Below, piece after piece: positions 63,721 to 64,000 of a DNA stretch of 64,000 nucleotides. The notes under the pieces were generated by a model. That model saw only the letters and a program-made list of their open reading frames with translations. It had not been told where the DNA came from and did no database searches. Positions within the stretch are counted from its first letter, which is position 1. Each line of letters begins with the position of its first letter. Location: NCBI RefSeq assembly GCF_947568905.1, contig NC_079169.1, positions 37,014,001-37,078,000 of the forward strand, read 5' to 3'. The translations under genes were made by a program, and so were the position numbers. This stretch comes from Ostrea edulis. Lineage: Eukaryota.

Positions 63721-64000
63721 TGAAGCTAAGCACTACTAGGCCTACAGTATTCTGCTCTGGTCTTCAAATTCAATACACACTCGCACCAACCGACTTTCAC
63801 CTAGTAACAACATAACTTGTGCTCCCAATTTCTACCAAAGGTAGATTTACAAAAATTTTAAAGATAACAAATAATTGAGCTTTCAATTATGAAATGTTGT
63901 AGTTCCTAACTTTAAATTGAATTATGAAATTATGCTTATTCATTTTTGTTTTCAATGAACTCGTAACATCAAGTACAGTATAAAGCCGTGCTCCCACTTT

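Overview
Eukaryotic, AT-rich (about one-third GC, estimated by eye), intron-containing genomic DNA. The repeat families and gene content suggest a bivalve, most likely an oyster (inference). Six protein-coding loci were reconstructed by hand from GT-AG exon chains. Two are tandem rho-class (GST-A-like) glutathione S-transferases (minus strand, 6 exons each). The others are a 5-exon COG4339-type HD-domain phosphohydrolase (+), a convergent 4-exon Tctex1-domain dynein light chain (-), an orphan secreted 8-cysteine peptide in one coding exon (+), and the first 10 exons of a WW-WW-PH PLEKHA5/6/7-type gene (+) that runs off the right edge. The rest is a dense mosaic of decayed LINE, Gypsy and Penelope-like fragments, SINEs, nested MITEs, Helentron/pearl-type elements and minisatellites. 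The most interesting items are the orphan anionic cysteine-rich peptide, a minimal hammerhead ribozyme lying sense in an intron of the PLEKHA gene, a tandem miniature LTR element whose LTRs contain a tRNA-Thr-like Pol III promoter, and divergence between the GST paralogues (a clustered substrate-site patch and a candidate mitochondrial leader). There is no CRISPR array or prokaryotic system here.
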